Shown here: piece by piece, positions 59,231 through 60,824 of the stretch
Layout: every line of letters begins with the position of its first letter
Numbering within the stretch: the stretch's first letter is position 1
Origin: an uncultured SAR86 cluster bacterium
Lineage (GTDB): Bacteria > Pseudomonadota > Gammaproteobacteria > Magnimaribacterales > D2472
NCBI GenBank assembly: GCA_902517425.1
Contig: CABYCI010000002.1
Coordinates: forward strand, 1 to 60,824
Length of the DNA stretch: 60,824 nt
Reading direction: 5' to 3'
Program-made: the position numbers and the translations under genes
The notes under the pieces: generated by a model
Database searches by the model: none
What the model saw: the letters and a program-made list of their open reading frames with translations, nothing else
Told to the model about the DNA's origin: nothing

Positions 59231-60710
59231 CTTCTTTAATATTGTTAACTCTCATAATTTCTTCACAAGATGTAACACCATCTAAAATCAAATCAACTGA
59301 AGCTTGATCGATAGACTTGTTTTCGTTAAAGACATAATCTGATATTTCATTTTCTGAGGCATTGTTGTGGATCAGATCCTTAAGTTTTTTGTCTACTTGA
59401 ACACATTCGGCTATTGCAATTCTTCCCTGATAGCCTGTTCCATTACAAGCATTACATCCATTTGGAGTATAAACAGTTGAATTTTTACTTATTTTAAAAT
59501 TTTTAACTGATTCAGCTGATGGCTTATTTTCAATTTTACAAGACGAACATAGGCGCCTTACTAATCTTTGCGAAATAATAGTTCGTAAACTTGATGCTAA
59601 TAGAAAGGATTCAATTCCCATATCTCTTAATCGCGTGATAGCTGCAACAGAGCTATTTGTATGAACAGTTGATAAAACAAGATGGCCAGTTAAACTCGAT
59701 TGAATACCTATTTGAGCTGTTTCAACATCTCTCATCTCTCCTACCATTACAACATCAGGATCTTGTCTTAGTATAGCTCTTAGACCCTTTGCAAAAGTAT
59801 ATCCAGTTTTTGGATTAACTTGAGTCTGTCCAATGCCATCTAAGGTATATTCAATAGGATCTTCAACAGTGAGGATATTTTGAGATGAATCACTTAAATA
59901 TCTAAGGCCAGCATACAGAGTTGTCGTCTTTCCTGATCCTGTTGGACCAGTGAATAGAATTATTCCCTCAGGGTCTTTTAATGAAGTCTTATAGTTTGAA
60001 AGAATTTCAGATGGAAGTCCTAAATCATCGATATTAATTTGTGCAGATTGTTTATCCAACAGCCTAAGAACAATTCTCTCACCGTAAGATGATGGAAGTG
60101 TTGAAACTCTCACATCTACATTTTTATCTCCGAGCGACAGCGAGACCCTTCCATCTTGTGGTAATCGTCTTTCTGATATATCTAAACCTGAAATAATCTT
60201 AATTCTAGAAATTAATATTGATGCAATTTTACTATCCTGCTTAAGGATCTCTTTTAAAATACCATCTACTCTAAAACGTATTTTTATGTGGTTTTCATAT
60301 GGTTCAAAGTGTATGTCAGATGCTCTACTCTTTATAGCCTGGCTTATAATTCCATTAATTAATTTAATTATAGGCGCATCATTATTGCCGCTTAATAAAT
60401 CTTCTGTTGCATTTATACTTCCTGCAAAATCTTTAAGATCAAATTCGTCTGAAAGCTCTTCTGAAAGATTGGTATTGTGATTGGTTGAGGAAAAAGAACT
60501 AGTAAGTATTTCATTAAATTTTTCTGTGCTGCACTGTTTAAATTCAAAATCCGAATTTAAATATCTTTGAATTTCTTTATATATGTCTAAAGTTAATTCA
60601 TATGGTGATGTTGCAACATAACCATTGGTTGTTTCAGAAACTATAACTTCATTTTCTTTTACGAAATCATATGGGAGAACATCTGATTTAATGCTTTCAA
60701 CTTCAGCCAT
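59217..60710 (-). CDS. gspE: type II secretion ATPase E
   Basis: 497 aa. Contains Walker A GPTGSGKTTT, the Asp and His boxes, and a tetracysteine CSSC...CNAC. Confidence 0.95.
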   Translation of the reverse strand: MAEVESIKSDVLPYDFVKENEVIVSETTNGYVATSPYELTLDIYKEIQRYLNSDFEFKQCSTEKFNEILTSSFSSTNHNTNLSEELSDEFDLKDFAGSINATEDLLSGNNDAPIIKLINGIISQAIKSRASDIHFEPYENHIKIRFRVDGILKEILKQDSKIASILISRIKIISGLDISERRLPQDGRVSLSLGDKNVDVRVSTLPSSYGERIVLRLLDKQSAQINIDDLGLPSEILSNYKTSLKDPEGIILFTGPTGSGKTTTLYAGLRYLSDSSQNILTVEDPIEYTLDGIGQTQVNPKTGYTFAKGLRAILRQDPDVVMVGEMRDVETAQIGIQSSLTGHLVLSTVHTNSSVAAITRLRDMGIESFLLASSLRTIISQRLVRRLCSSCKIENKPSAESVKNFKISKNSTVYTPNGCNACNGTGYQGRIAIAECVQVDKKLKDLIHNNASENEISDYVFNENKSIDQASVDLILDGVTSCEEIMRVNNIKEDASI

Positions 60711-60712
60711 AA

Positions 60713-60824
60713 TTAATCGGCCTTTTTTGTAAGATCAATGATATCTAGATTCTTGTCTATTTCTTTTTGGGCTTTTATAAAATTATATTTTTCTAAAGAG
60801 ATTTCTTGAGCGCTATTGGAATCA
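60713..60824 (-). CDS. gspD: C-terminal end of an upstream gene, probably secretin GspD (partial; 5' part outside the window)
   Basis: Open minus-strand frame ...DSNSAQEISLEKYNFIKAQKEIDKNLDIIDLTKKAD*, with its stop 2 nt before the gspE ATG. Identity is inferred only from the canonical gspC-D-E order. Confidence 0.4.
   Translation of the reverse strand, partial: DSNSAQEISLEKYNFIKAQKEIDKNLDIIDLTKKAD

Overview
Visibly AT-rich (about one-third G+C by eye, not computed), very gene-dense chromosomal segment with about 65 protein genes, many overlapping by 1-4 nt. I saw no rRNA, tRNA, CRISPR array, transposase, integrase or recognisable defence system. The trxB | ftsK-lolA-(crcB)-serS neighbourhood and a gspD-to-gspM type II secretion operon suggest a streamlined marine gammaproteobacterium, possibly SAR86-like (inference only). 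Most of the window is nutrient-scavenging modules. (1) Three TonB-dependent receptors (TBDRs): two sit in paralogous TBDR -> cytoplasmic TPR-sulfotransferase cassettes, and one Oar-like TBDR heads a 2OG-oxygenase and NupC gene string. (2) Two BCCT transporters, a DmdA-like aminomethyltransferase fragment at the left edge, and a YhdH/AcuI-like reductase coupled to trxB. (3) A sigma-54-type promoter driving a small porin-glnK-amt operon, followed by a second, signal-peptide-bearing amtB. (4) A phosphorus block: beta-propeller phytase, TetR, porin, PiT, PPK2 and Ppx, with a GDPD nearby. (5) An ester/lipid block: three alpha/beta hydrolases plus a KAS III. The few spacers longer than about 130 nt each hold an unannotated single-TM micro-ORF. 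The best candidate for an undescribed functional system is the duplicated TBDR-TPR-sulfotransferase module. This rests on gene order and motifs read by eye, so it is a hypothesis. All coordinates not taken from the ORF track were anchored to ORF-track start/stop positions.
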